Shown: piece after piece, positions 25,397 to 34,450 of the stretch
Layout: each line of letters opens with the position of its first letter
How positions within the stretch are numbered: position 1 is the first letter of the stretch
From: an uncultured Bacteroidota bacterium
GTDB taxonomy: Bacteria; Bacteroidota; Bacteroidia; Bacteroidales; UBA12481
DNA length: 64,000 bases
Direction: 5' to 3'
Assembly (NCBI GenBank): GCA_942493265.1
Contig: OW818688.1
Span: 2,121,467 to 2,185,466, forward strand
Program-made: the position numbers and the translations under genes
Notes under the pieces: generated by a model
Told to the model about the DNA's origin: nothing
Seen by the model: the letters and a program-made list of their open reading frames with translations, nothing else
The model's database searches: none

Positions 25397-27310
25397 ATGA
25401 AAAAACAATTCTTCATCATCCTGCTCGCATTATTGGCGGGAAGTATAGCGCTGCAAGCCAAAGAGATACACGTTTCGGTAAAGGGTAGCGACACCAATGA
25501 CGGCACCGCTGCAAAGCCTTTCAGAACCATCAGTCAGGCAGCCCTGGTTGCCATGCCCGCCGATGTTATCACTGTACATGCAGGCGTATATCGCGAGCAG
25601 ATAACACCCCCGCGTGGTGGAAATTCTGATCTTGAAAGGATTGTATATCAGGCAGCTAAAGGCGAAAAGGTAGCGGTAAAGGGATCCGAAATCATAAAAG
25701 GCTGGCAAAAGCTGACCAACGATGCCTGGTTGGTTAAAATCCCAAACACCTTTTTCGGAGAATTCAATCCATACAGCGATTTAATCCGGGGCGACTGGTT
25801 TTCACCAACGCCTGCCGACCGTATATATCACACCGGGGCGGTGTATCTAAATGGCGCCTGGCTGATGGAAGCCTATAAAAAAGAAGAGGTTACCGGAAAG
25901 GCTGATCCAAAAAATCTCCTTTGGTGGACCGAAACGGATTCCATCTCCACAACAATATGGTCGCAGTTCGGTGATGCCGATCCCAATAAGGAAACGGTAG
26001 AAATAAATGTTCGCCAAACGATTTTCTATCCCGACAAACCCTTTATCAATTTCATAACCATTTCAGGCTTTACCATGCAGCAGGCAGCCACCAACTGGGC
26101 GCCTCCCACAGCCGAGCAGATGGGCCTGGTTGGTACGCACTGGAGCCGCGGATGGATAATTGAAAACAATACCATCCAGTACTCGAAGTGTGCAGGCATT
26201 GCTTTGGGAAAATATGGCGATCGTTTTGATAATAAGGATACTGAATCTGCCGAAGGATACGTGGGAACCATTAACCGGGCCCTGGCGTTTGGCTGGAATA
26301 AGGGAACTATTGGCGGACATATCGTGCGCAACAATCAGATCGCCTATTGCGAACAAACCGGAATTGTGGGCAGTATGGGCTGCTCTTTCAGCACCATTAC
26401 CGGAAATATCATTCACGATATTCATGTAAGGCGCCTGTTTAACGGTGCCGAAATGGCCGGCATCAAGTTTCATGGTGCGGTAGATGTACTGATTGCGAAC
26501 AACCATATCTATTCCGCCAATATGGGGATATGGCTCGACTGGATGGCACAGGGGGCGCAGGTAAGCAACAACCTGCTGCACGATAATTTGCTGGATGTTT
26601 TCCTGGAGGTTGACCATGGGCCGATGCTGGTGAGCAACAATATCATGCTATCCTCACCCAGTTTGCTGATGAATTCCAGCGGTGCCGCATTCGTACACAA
26701 TCTTATCGGCGGCCGGATAGATGCAATCTCCTATGATTCCCGTCTCACGCCATACCTCAAACCCCACTCAACATTTGTAGAAAAGCTTCATGATAATCCG
26801 GGGGGCGATATCGGGTTTTATAACAACCTATTTGTAAATCAGGGCGATGCAAGTCAATACAGCAAAGCCCTGTTACCGGTACTCTTTGATGGCAACGTTT
26901 TCACCAAAGGAAGTATCCGGCCCATTTCCGATAAAATGGAGAAAAAATTCGGCGAGCTGAGTGCAGCCGGACAAGAAAAATTCAATAATTCCACCCCGGT
27001 TGCCGCGGTAGAACGCAATACAATCCATAAAGCGGATTTTGACACAGAAATCAGCTTGTTCAATGAAAATGGCGTTGTTTATCTCGAAATCAACCTCGAC
27101 AAGGATTGGGTTGCCGCGCACCAGCGAAAGATAATTACCTCCGGGTTATTAGGCAAAGTAATCATTCCGGACCTTCCATTCGAAAATCCCGATGGCACGC
27201 CGGTAAAAGTTGAAGTTGATTATTTTGGCAAGATGCGCAACCTGGTTAATCCCTCGCCCGGTCCGTTTGAGATCAGTAAAAGCGGCAAACAGAAAATAAA
27301 GGTTTGGTAA
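25397..27310 (+). CDS. Right-handed parallel beta-helix repeat protein (DUF1565/pectate-lyase-fold)
   Basis: Start trimmed to MKKQFFIILLALLAGSIALQA. It has the N-terminal motif IHVSVKGSDTNDGTAAKPFRTISQA and repeated I.NN.I / GI.. coils (NNTIQYS, RNNQIAY, ITGNIIHD, IANNHIY, VSNNLLHD). Confidence 0.75.
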   Translation: MKKQFFIILLALLAGSIALQAKEIHVSVKGSDTNDGTAAKPFRTISQAALVAMPADVITVHAGVYREQITPPRGGNSDLERIVYQAAKGEKVAVKGSEIIKGWQKLTNDAWLVKIPNTFFGEFNPYSDLIRGDWFSPTPADRIYHTGAVYLNGAWLMEAYKKEEVTGKADPKNLLWWTETDSISTTIWSQFGDADPNKETVEINVRQTIFYPDKPFINFITISGFTMQQAATNWAPPTAEQMGLVGTHWSRGWIIENNTIQYSKCAGIALGKYGDRFDNKDTESAEGYVGTINRALAFGWNKGTIGGHIVRNNQIAYCEQTGIVGSMGCSFSTITGNIIHDIHVRRLFNGAEMAGIKFHGAVDVLIANNHIYSANMGIWLDWMAQGAQVSNNLLHDNLLDVFLEVDHGPMLVSNNIMLSSPSLLMNSSGAAFVHNLIGGRIDAISYDSRLTPYLKPHSTFVEKLHDNPGGDIGFYNNLFVNQGDASQYSKALLPVLFDGNVFTKGSIRPISDKMEKKFGELSAAGQEKFNNSTPVAAVERNTIHKADFDTEISLFNENGVVYLEINLDKDWVAAHQRKIITSGLLGKVIIPDLPFENPDGTPVKVEVDYFGKMRNLVNPSPGPFEISKSGKQKIKVW

Positions 27311-27337
27311 AGATTTCGTTATTGTTCAGCAGGTACT

Positions 27338-27382
27338 GGGATGAGACAGTTCCCGCCTGCGCGGGAATGACAGAGAAGGGGG
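27338..27382. repeat. Family A variant hairpin (TTCCCGC-CTGC-GCGGGAA) with CAGAGAAGGGGG flank
   Basis: Its reverse complement (CCCCCTTCTCTGTCATTCCCGCGCAGGCGGGAAC) matches the element found in-frame at 60351-60390. Confidence 0.7.
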
Positions 27383-27465
27383 TGGTGCGAAGGGTAGAGG
27401 TGAAGTCCAACGGTAGTTTAAAATCTTGCTGAACAGTAGCAAAACATCTTAAAACAGGTATCAAA

Positions 27466-27858
27466 ATGGCAAATGAATTGATCACTGCGGTGAGCAGCTT
27501 CCTGGATGAAATAGACCATCCATTACGACCGGAAATTGACAGATTACGAATAATCATTTTGGGAACCGGTATCGGCCTCACCGAGAATATCAAATGGAAC
27601 GGTCCGAATTACTCCCACCGGAATGAGGACCGCATCACCATGAGCATTCAGCCACCCAAACAAATTCAGCTCATCCTCCATCGCGGCGCAAAAAAGCAGG
27701 AACAACCTCAGCACAAACTAATTGATGACCCATCGGGACTGCTGAACTGGAGGGGAAACGACCGGGCAGTGATTCCCTTCAAAAACATGGCCGACATTGA
27801 AAACCGGGAATCAGATCTGGTCAGGGTGATCAAGGATTGGATTGCGGCAACCTCATAA
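27466..27858 (+). CDS. DUF1801 (YdhG-like) domain protein
   Basis: 130 aa with an IKWNGPNYS motif and the size typical of DUF1801. Confidence 0.65.
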   Translation: MANELITAVSSFLDEIDHPLRPEIDRLRIIILGTGIGLTENIKWNGPNYSHRNEDRITMSIQPPKQIQLILHRGAKKQEQPQHKLIDDPSGLLNWRGNDRAVIPFKNMADIENRESDLVRVIKDWIAATS

Positions 27859-28073
27859 TCATGCTATTTGGCATGTTTTTTCAGAAAACCTTCTCTACCT
27901 TTAAATTCTTTTACTGAACCTGGCAAAATGTGGAGTTTATGAGTCGTAGCAGGCCTTACGGGCCGAGCAGTCCAAATAGACAATGTGACTGAATTGGCGA
28001 AGCTGTAGGTGGAGGGCCCGAAATCAGGATTTTTTAGGTCAAAAAGCTTGCCGGCCCGACATCCGGGATAGCA

Positions 28074-28145
28074 CTTTCAACCTCACAATATGGGGGACTT
28101 TCAACATCACAAAATGGCGGCTTATCAACCTCTCAAGGTGGAGGT
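28074..28145 (+). repeat. Three in-frame 24-nt tandem repeats encoding (LSTSQxGG)3 in a start-less open frame
   Basis: The units are CTTTCAACCTCACAATATGGGGGA, CTTTCAACATCACAAAATGGCGGC and TTATCAACCTCTCAAGGTGGAGGT. The frame is open over 28038-28244, but the only ATG is at 28146. Confidence 0.8.
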
Positions 28146-28542
28146 ATGTCGATATCTTCATTGAATGTATATAATAGTAATATTCCTCCTTGGCCTATAT
28201 TTCTCAGAGAGCTTGAAAGCAGAGGTTACAACTATCAAGCATGACTTATTCGACAATATTTGCCCGAATTTCTTTGGCCTGAAAACTTTTTCCGGTAGAT
28301 TTTTGAAGATATTAAAAAAATTATGGGGCAAGACCATCTTGACAGCATAAAACAACGACCGCAGAGAAAAAACTATGTGTCAATTAGGGTTTCGGTGCGG
28401 AGAACAAAGCCCTAGCCCGCAACAACGGCATGGGGGTTCGAAAGGAAAGCAACCGCAATCCCCAACTGTAAATAGTTCAGAACGTTAGCAACAACCCAAT
28501 TTGAAGAGCCCAGAGAAAAACCCATATATAAACAACTTCATT

Positions 28543-30288
28543 ATGAGAAAAATAGCACTATTATTATTTGCCGTTTTGTTTTGCTATAAGTTTTATGGAC
28601 AGACAAATAAAGTGGATTATTCAAATGTTTTAGAAAAATATATTAAGGAAATTGAAACCACTTTAGAAAAAGGTTCTGCTAAAGCAATTTCATTTGCGTT
28701 AATTGATGGAAACAAAATAGTCTATTCTGGAAATTATGGTTATTCAGACTTTGAAGACAAAATAAAAGCGGATTCGAATACTGTATATGGAATTGGTTCA
28801 ATAAGCAAACTTTTTACAGCCTCCTCAGTTTTACAACTTCATGAGAAAGGAGTATTAAATATCGATTCTTCATTTACAAAATACTGTTCAAATTTTAGTA
28901 TTAAGCAAAAATTTCAAACAAACATTCAAATTACACCGAGAATGCTTATTTGTCACTATTCAGGTCTTCCGTCTGATATAACAAATGGCGCTTTTTCGAA
29001 AAAACCAAAGTATTTTAGCTCCGTTATTGAGTCGTTAGATAAAGAATATGCTCCTTCCCCACCAAATTATTATTATTCATATTCCAATATCGGATATTCT
29101 TTACTCGGGGTACTTATAGAAAAATCAACAGGTAAGAAGTACGAAGAATATGTTAAGCAAAATATTTTTGAACCTCTTGCGATGCATTCCGCAATTGTTG
29201 ATGGTGATAATTCTACGGTTTTACTTAAAGGCTACGATGAAAAAGGCAATCAAAGAGATGAATATGGTATTTGGCCCGTACCTGCAGGCGGAATAAAGTC
29301 AAACATAATTGATTTAGCAAAATTTGTAATGACTTTTCTTCCGGAATACGAAGGAGCAAAAATCCTTGAAACAATGACTATTAAAGAAATGCTTACCGTA
29401 CAAAACCAAAACATACCTTTAGACTTGGGAGAAAAGCATGGAATGCCATGGTTTTATGGGAATATAAATTCAGCAGGGCAAATTTATTATCACTCTGGCG
29501 GAACGATGAATCATAGAGGCGTGGTGATAATTGCACCAGAATCAAACCTTGCTATTGCACTCCTCTCAAATTCTGTTAATGTTGGGCGTTTTCATAGGTT
29601 GTCTATAAACCTGCTTGATAGTTGTGCCAAATTAAAAGGCAAAACAATTGACTTGAAAAACACCAAAGAATTCGCTGAAATAGATACCGTTACGCTCTCA
29701 AATAATGAACTTATTAAATTTATTGGGCTATATGCTCATCCTTCATTTGTTTTCGAAATCTTTACAAAGGGTAACCAATTATACACAAAAATTCAAAATA
29801 CTGGCTATTTACTAAAACCGTTAAAGGACGGTTCGTTTGTTCCACAAATTATAACTTCAGACGGTTCTCCTCAAATTGTGAAAAATTTACGGTTTGAATT
29901 TTCGAACATTGAAGGAAACTATGTATTAATTTTTAACAACATAGAAATTCAGAGTAAGCAAATACTTGGCACCAAGTTCTATCGTCAAGAAATTGATAGT
30001 TTATGGCATAATAGATTAGGGCAATATGAAATATTAGATAAAAATGAAAACGACCATTTGTTTCTATCATATTTCGAACTAACTATTGAAAATGGAGTGT
30101 TGGTATTTAACCAAATGGAAGACTATGAAGGAAAAGAAAAATGGCAAACAGCAATAGAAGTTATTAATAAAAATACTGCATTTTCAATTGGAATAGGTCG
30201 TCACAGAGGAACAACATTATTATTTGAAACTGAAAATGGTAATGAAATCCTATGGTTTTCAGGATACAAACTTAAACTAATTCAATAA
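28543..30288 (+). CDS. Serine hydrolase of the beta-lactamase/transpeptidase-like (class C / esterase) superfamily
   Basis: Start trimmed to MRKIALLLFAVLFCYKFYGQ. It has SxxK (GSISKLFT), YxN (YSYSNIGYSLLG) and an H/KxG-like third motif (YHSGGT). Confidence 0.8.
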   Translation: MRKIALLLFAVLFCYKFYGQTNKVDYSNVLEKYIKEIETTLEKGSAKAISFALIDGNKIVYSGNYGYSDFEDKIKADSNTVYGIGSISKLFTASSVLQLHEKGVLNIDSSFTKYCSNFSIKQKFQTNIQITPRMLICHYSGLPSDITNGAFSKKPKYFSSVIESLDKEYAPSPPNYYYSYSNIGYSLLGVLIEKSTGKKYEEYVKQNIFEPLAMHSAIVDGDNSTVLLKGYDEKGNQRDEYGIWPVPAGGIKSNIIDLAKFVMTFLPEYEGAKILETMTIKEMLTVQNQNIPLDLGEKHGMPWFYGNINSAGQIYYHSGGTMNHRGVVIIAPESNLAIALLSNSVNVGRFHRLSINLLDSCAKLKGKTIDLKNTKEFAEIDTVTLSNNELIKFIGLYAHPSFVFEIFTKGNQLYTKIQNTGYLLKPLKDGSFVPQIITSDGSPQIVKNLRFEFSNIEGNYVLIFNNIEIQSKQILGTKFYRQEIDSLWHNRLGQYEILDKNENDHLFLSYFELTIENGVLVFNQMEDYEGKEKWQTAIEVINKNTAFSIGIGRHRGTTLLFETENGNEILWFSGYKLKLIQ

Positions 30289-30533
30289 ATTGACTGAGAA
30301 TTTTACTCAGAAAATAAATGGGCAATTGCTAACATCATAAATATAATGTTGGGAATTAAGTGGTTATATTGAAGTTTCTGTCCCGCAGAAACTTTGTAAC
30401 GGCAGACAAGGATGTCTCCCGCAGCCCCAATATTTCATATACTTTTAATCTGTAAACTATGAAAGCAACAAGATTCAGTGAGACCCACCCCTCGCGAATA
30501 TTTTGGCAAATCATAGGTAACAAGGAATAGAAA

Positions 30534-31052
30534 ATGAATGAATCGTATGCTGAAGAAATATGTCATAACCAAATAAAAACAATGGAATACAAAAAAGATT
30601 TATTAAAAAATAATGCAAAATCTATTTTTCGGTTAATACTGGGAATTTTCTTTTGCGTGACTTCAATATTGTGGATCATTGCAAGATTGGCTGATAATGA
30701 ATTAATCAGACTTTTTGACTGGTTCTATTCCGGAATTTTTACATTAATCGGGTTGGGTCATATATTTTCAGGACTTGGTATTTCAGTAGAGGGTTTTTTT
30801 GGAAAGGCATTCGTTCATATCGACAATGAAATGGTCGACTTTAAACTTGGAGTTTTCGAAAAGGAATACAAGATTAATTGGCAAGAAATTAAATCAATTG
30901 ACTGTAAATCAGGTGACTTTACAATTCAAAAGCTCGACAACTCATCTGTATTTTTACCAGTATCAAAACTTGGTTATTCAACAGTAACCGGCATCAAGGA
31001 TATTATGTCCAAATTGGCTGAGAGCAGGGATATTAGTTGTCATATTCATTAG
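30534..31052 (+). CDS. Hypothetical membrane protein (2 TM + small C-terminal domain)
   Basis: 172-aa ORF in AT-rich DNA with hydrophobic segments (IFRLILGIFFCVTSILWII and FYSGIFTLIGLGHIFSGLGI). The true start may be the internal MEYKK. Confidence 0.5.
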   Translation: MNESYAEEICHNQIKTMEYKKDLLKNNAKSIFRLILGIFFCVTSILWIIARLADNELIRLFDWFYSGIFTLIGLGHIFSGLGISVEGFFGKAFVHIDNEMVDFKLGVFEKEYKINWQEIKSIDCKSGDFTIQKLDNSSVFLPVSKLGYSTVTGIKDIMSKLAESRDISCHIH

Positions 31053-31140
31053 TATTACAAACTCCACCCAACGCTCAACATTTTCCTGCTTCTGATGTAT
31101 TATCTTCATCAGATTAATTCATTTTAACGATACCGATGCC

Positions 31141-31563
31141 ATGGCCGAACTGAAAACAAAATTAACAGCTGCAAGTGTGACCGAATTCATTAACACAGTT
31201 GCCGATAGCAAACAAAGGCGTCAGGATAGTTTTGAGCTGCTCAAACTGATGCAGGATTTTACCGGCTTCGAACCTAAAATGTGGGGTGCCTCGATCATCG
31301 GATTCGGAAGCTACCACTACAAATCGGAACGTAGCACCCAGCAGGGCGATTGGCCGCTGGTGGGCTTTTCACCCCGAAAAGCAGCCATTTCCCTGTATGT
31401 GTACATGGGCACACCGGAGCATGAACATCTGCTGGCTGACCTGGGGAAATTTAAGATGGGCAAAGCTTGCATCTACATCAAAAAATTGTCGGATATCAAT
31501 CAGGATGCCCTCAAAAAAATCATGAGCGCCACCATCGACTATCTCCAAACCAGGTATAAGTAG
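31141..31563 (+). CDS. DUF1801 (YdhG-like) domain protein, second paralog
   Basis: 140 aa with the pattern EPKMWG.SIIGFG.YHYK......G.WP..GFSPRK..ISLY, typical of DUF1801. Confidence 0.7.
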   Translation: MAELKTKLTAASVTEFINTVADSKQRRQDSFELLKLMQDFTGFEPKMWGASIIGFGSYHYKSERSTQQGDWPLVGFSPRKAAISLYVYMGTPEHEHLLADLGKFKMGKACIYIKKLSDINQDALKKIMSATIDYLQTRYK

Positions 31564-31569
31564 CGAAAA

Positions 31570-31627
31570 TTAAAAAAATCCGCGCCAATCCGCGTTGCGC
31601 AGTATCCGCGTAAATCCGCGTGCCAAT
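31570..31627. repeat. Left arm of a ~57-bp inverted repeat (four ATCCGCG heptads)
   Basis: The arm is TTAAAAAAATCCGCGCCAATCCGCGTTGCGCAGTATCCGCGTAAATCCGCGTGCCAAT. The reverse complement of 33745-33801 differs at 4 positions plus one A indel. Confidence 0.85.
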
Positions 31628-31649
31628 CTTAATTCCCATGCAGGCTTCC

Positions 31650-33734
31650 CTATCTCACCACCGGAAATGAACTGATTCTCAATCGTGCCGCTCCCATCGG
31701 CACCAGCTCGACTTTCACCTCAGGCTGATTGGATACCACCGGACTATCCGTTAGCTCCCCGCAAAGTTTATATTTATCCAATGTCCATTCAGGAATCTGT
31801 TTGGCCTTAACTTCTATGCTAACAGGTACTTCCGATAGGGTAAACGGAAAGTTGGACTCCGGCCACGGTGAAAATTTCACCTTGAAGGATTTCAACGGAT
31901 CGGTTTTATCCAGTACCAATCCGTAATTCCAGTCCGATCCCGGATGGATCTCCCAGGCTTTCCACTGGGTTTGATCAACCCCCTCCTGCCATTTTGAATC
32001 CCACACCGCGGTTTTATCCCCGGGTTTATTGATGTAATTTTCTTTGATCTTTAATGAAAAGGTGAGCGGACCGTAGTTAACACTCACCGATTTGTGGTTC
32101 TTTTCCCAGGTGGTCAACCCCAGCTGCATCGGCAGCAACAGCTCCACCTGATCGCCTGTTTTCCAGGTGCGCATGATCCGGATATTTCCGCCGGCAACTG
32201 CTTTAGCGGCAAATGGTTGTCCGTTCAGCCTGACTTTTGCCCCCTTGCACCATTTCGGTATCCTCAGGTAGAGTGGAAATTCTTCGGACTTATCCATTTT
32301 TACCTCAAAACGGATGATGGAATCGAACGGATAATGGGTGGTTTCGGCAATTTGGGCGGTAGCACCAGTGCCGACTTTAACTTTTACGGTGTTCTCACAG
32401 TAAAGAGAGGCGAATACTCCATTGTCGGGCGTTGCCAGCCACAGATTTTCAGCATAATAGGGCCATCCCTGAGAATGATTATGCTGGCAGCAACGACTGC
32501 TGAAGGGATTCATCATCAGGAAAGGACCGCTGTTGGCGATTCCGGGTGCGTGATTCTGATCGTCACACAGCACCATGTTGGGTGCCGTCAGGTACCGGAG
32601 AGCCCTGAAATCGGGCATTACGGCTGCGGGATACGTGTTGAAGGCAACATTCTCGGTATGATCGGCCCAGAAGTTGTCGCCGGTGATGCAAAGCAGGTTT
32701 TCATTGGAGTTCATCTGTTCCACGATGGCGCAGGTTTCAATGGCCTGCCGTGGATCATCATAGCCGGCACGTGCATTCTCATCGGCCCCGTACATGCCGC
32801 CCGGAACCTGTCCGAAATGCTCCCTGATAATCCTGAACACTTCATACGAAGCTTCTGTATCATCCGGATTATGGCTCAGCAACGAATAGGTGGCCGGCTC
32901 GCGAAATCCCTGGGCAATGTTCACATTATGCCAGTCGGGCAGGAGCGACCACCATTCGGGATTCTTTTTCTCCCCTTCACCGGGTTCAGTAAACTCGGTA
33001 TATCTTGATTTCCAGTTCTTACCGCACCGATGAATCTTTTCGCCCAACTCCAGCAACGAGGCATCGCCGGTACGGTTATACAGCCAGATCACACTGTACA
33101 GGTTATCGCCCGTGCGCAATCCCTGCCAGTACCCTTTCATGAAGTCTTCATCGGGTACCGTAAGCTGATATTTGAAATACCGGCTCATGAAACCAATGAT
33201 CCGGGGATCGGCGGTAAACTCATAATAGGATTGCAAACAGTACAGCATGATCATGTTGGGCCAGAAATCCTGCTTGCCGCGATCGAGGTTGTGCGGACCG
33301 AAATCCCCGTTTTCACGCTGGCTTTTCAATGCCGCTTCGATCCAGATCCTGGCTTCAGCCATCATTTTCTCATCTTTCAGGATATAAGCCAGATCGCCGT
33401 ATCCCTTGAGCCAATAAGGAACTTCTTCCCAGCCCCATTTGCCGGTGCCATCAGCCGACAGCCAGGCATTGTCGGTTTTTTGCAGCCAGGCGCTGATGTT
33501 GCCGAGCTGTCCGGTTAAACCATCGCGCTGCTTGTCGAGATAAACTTTCAGCCACCCGCCGGGTTCGATGCTGCCTACCGGGAGCCTGATGTATTTACTT
33601 TCCATCAGGGGCTTAAGGTTTCCGGAGTAGTGGGAATTGCCGGTTTTCAGTTTGGTGATATCCGGTTGGGCTACGAGGGAGAGGGTTTGGGAGAGGAAGA
33701 GGAGGGCTAGCAGGAGGGTGATGTTTTTTTTCAT
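31650..33734 (-). CDS. DUF1680 / GH127-like glycoside hydrolase (beta-L-arabinofuranosidase-like)
   Basis: Start trimmed to MKKNITLLLALLFLSQTLSLVAQ (ATG at 33734). It has an (alpha/alpha)6-type N-terminal half (EVPYWLKGYGDLAYILKD...) and a Cys pair in SSRCCQHNHSQGW, reminiscent of the GH127 Cys-rich metal/catalytic site. The family call is from memory. Confidence 0.6.
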   Translation of the reverse strand: MKKNITLLLALLFLSQTLSLVAQPDITKLKTGNSHYSGNLKPLMESKYIRLPVGSIEPGGWLKVYLDKQRDGLTGQLGNISAWLQKTDNAWLSADGTGKWGWEEVPYWLKGYGDLAYILKDEKMMAEARIWIEAALKSQRENGDFGPHNLDRGKQDFWPNMIMLYCLQSYYEFTADPRIIGFMSRYFKYQLTVPDEDFMKGYWQGLRTGDNLYSVIWLYNRTGDASLLELGEKIHRCGKNWKSRYTEFTEPGEGEKKNPEWWSLLPDWHNVNIAQGFREPATYSLLSHNPDDTEASYEVFRIIREHFGQVPGGMYGADENARAGYDDPRQAIETCAIVEQMNSNENLLCITGDNFWADHTENVAFNTYPAAVMPDFRALRYLTAPNMVLCDDQNHAPGIANSGPFLMMNPFSSRCCQHNHSQGWPYYAENLWLATPDNGVFASLYCENTVKVKVGTGATAQIAETTHYPFDSIIRFEVKMDKSEEFPLYLRIPKWCKGAKVRLNGQPFAAKAVAGGNIRIMRTWKTGDQVELLLPMQLGLTTWEKNHKSVSVNYGPLTFSLKIKENYINKPGDKTAVWDSKWQEGVDQTQWKAWEIHPGSDWNYGLVLDKTDPLKSFKVKFSPWPESNFPFTLSEVPVSIEVKAKQIPEWTLDKYKLCGELTDSPVVSNQPEVKVELVPMGAARLRISSFPVVR

Positions 33735-33744
33735 GGAGATATTT

Positions 33745-33801
33745 ATTGGCACGCGGATTTTCGCAGATGCTGCGCAACGCGGATTAGCGCGGATTTTTTA
33801 A
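33745..33801. repeat. Right arm of the ~57-bp inverted repeat
   Basis: The arm is ATTGGCACGCGGATTTTCGCAGATGCTGCGCAACGCGGATTAGCGCGGATTTTTTAA. It begins 11 bp upstream of the glycosidase start codon. Confidence 0.85.
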
Positions 33802-33834
33802 TGTTGGGGTGCTAAATAGTAAGAAGTAAGTGTT

Positions 33835-34398
33835 TTATGGGGTAATGGGTGCTGAACCCGCATCTGTCAGGGTTTCTATTTCCGGAGCATTGGAGTATGT
33901 TTGAGATTCATTATGTAGGTTGATATCAGCCATAGGATATATTCCGGTAATAAACTGTTTTTGAAAGAGTGAACCCTTAAGATGGCCGTCCTTTTGGTTA
34001 AGTGGCATGCTGATCACCTTAACCGCAATCGGGTCCGTGGGAAAAATCGGTCCGGTAAGTTTGCCGGTTATCACGTAATCAGAAAAGAGATTTAATTTGC
34101 GGCTTAGCGATCCTCTGTTCTTTTTCATCTGGCAGCCATCAAATACCGCTGTTCCAAGTTTTCCGGTAACTGTTCCATCTTCGGAAATGGTTATCGATAG
34201 TTTTACAGAATCCGGGTTACGGGTAAAGTGGAACCGACCCTGTTCAAAAGTCCGCACCGTAACAATTGGTATTCCGGTCCAGTTCCCCTGTAAAGTCTCA
34301 GGGATCAGTCGTTTGGAGAATACTGAAGAGAAGGAAGAGCCAATTATTGTAAGCAGTACCAATCCGGCAACCAGGAGATATCTGTTTTTGGATTTCAT
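33835..34398 (-). CDS. Hypothetical secreted protein (187 aa)
   Basis: It has a signal peptide (YLLVAGLVLLTIIGSSFSSVFS). No family recognised. Confidence 0.5.
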   Translation of the reverse strand: MKSKNRYLLVAGLVLLTIIGSSFSSVFSKRLIPETLQGNWTGIPIVTVRTFEQGRFHFTRNPDSVKLSITISEDGTVTGKLGTAVFDGCQMKKNRGSLSRKLNLFSDYVITGKLTGPIFPTDPIAVKVISMPLNQKDGHLKGSLFQKQFITGIYPMADINLHNESQTYSNAPEIETLTDAGSAPITP

Positions 34399-34450
34399 CA
34401 GGAATTTGGAATTGTTGATGTTTTCACCTTCAGTTAAGATTATTCTGTGG

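Larger units (their letters stand above)
27880..31100. other. AT-rich insert between two DUF1801 paralogs (possible horizontally acquired segment)
   Basis: Hand counts give 34 G+C in nt 29011-29110, against 47 G+C in nt 26401-26500. The insert holds 680 bp of non-coding DNA plus two genes, and I recognise no recombinase. Confidence 0.4.

Noticed and set aside
28432-28445. GGGGGTTCGAAAGG, which resembles a tRNA T-loop
   Set aside because: The flanking bases do not form a T-stem, acceptor stem or anticodon arm. I found no cloverleaf anywhere in the window.
28543-30288. Calling the SxxK/YxN protein an antibiotic-resistance beta-lactamase
   Set aside because: The motif set is shared by esterases, D-aminopeptidases and PBPs. 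The large extra C-terminal domain (~200 aa) argues against a classical class C enzyme. Function cannot be inferred from sequence alone.
28486-30370. Integron-cassette idea: GTTAGCAA...CCCAAT just before the hydrolase gene, and TTGCTAAC...GTTGGGAAT just after it
   Set aside because: The motifs do not fit the RYYYAAC/GTTRRRY core-site consensus. No paired R''/R' sites occur within one attC-sized palindrome, and no intI gene is present.
32094-33518. Long antisense ORFs inside strongly supported genes. Examples are 32094..33008 (304 aa) and 33030..33518 within the GH127-like gene; 3489..3962; 40140..40733; 61385..61930; 62594..63160; 49674..50096; and 51032..51466
   Set aside because: Each lies wholly within, and opposite to, a gene with clear family motifs. 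Their sequences are low-complexity (Gly/Pro/Arg/His-rich) with no recognisable motifs, as is typical of shadow ORFs in ~48% GC DNA.
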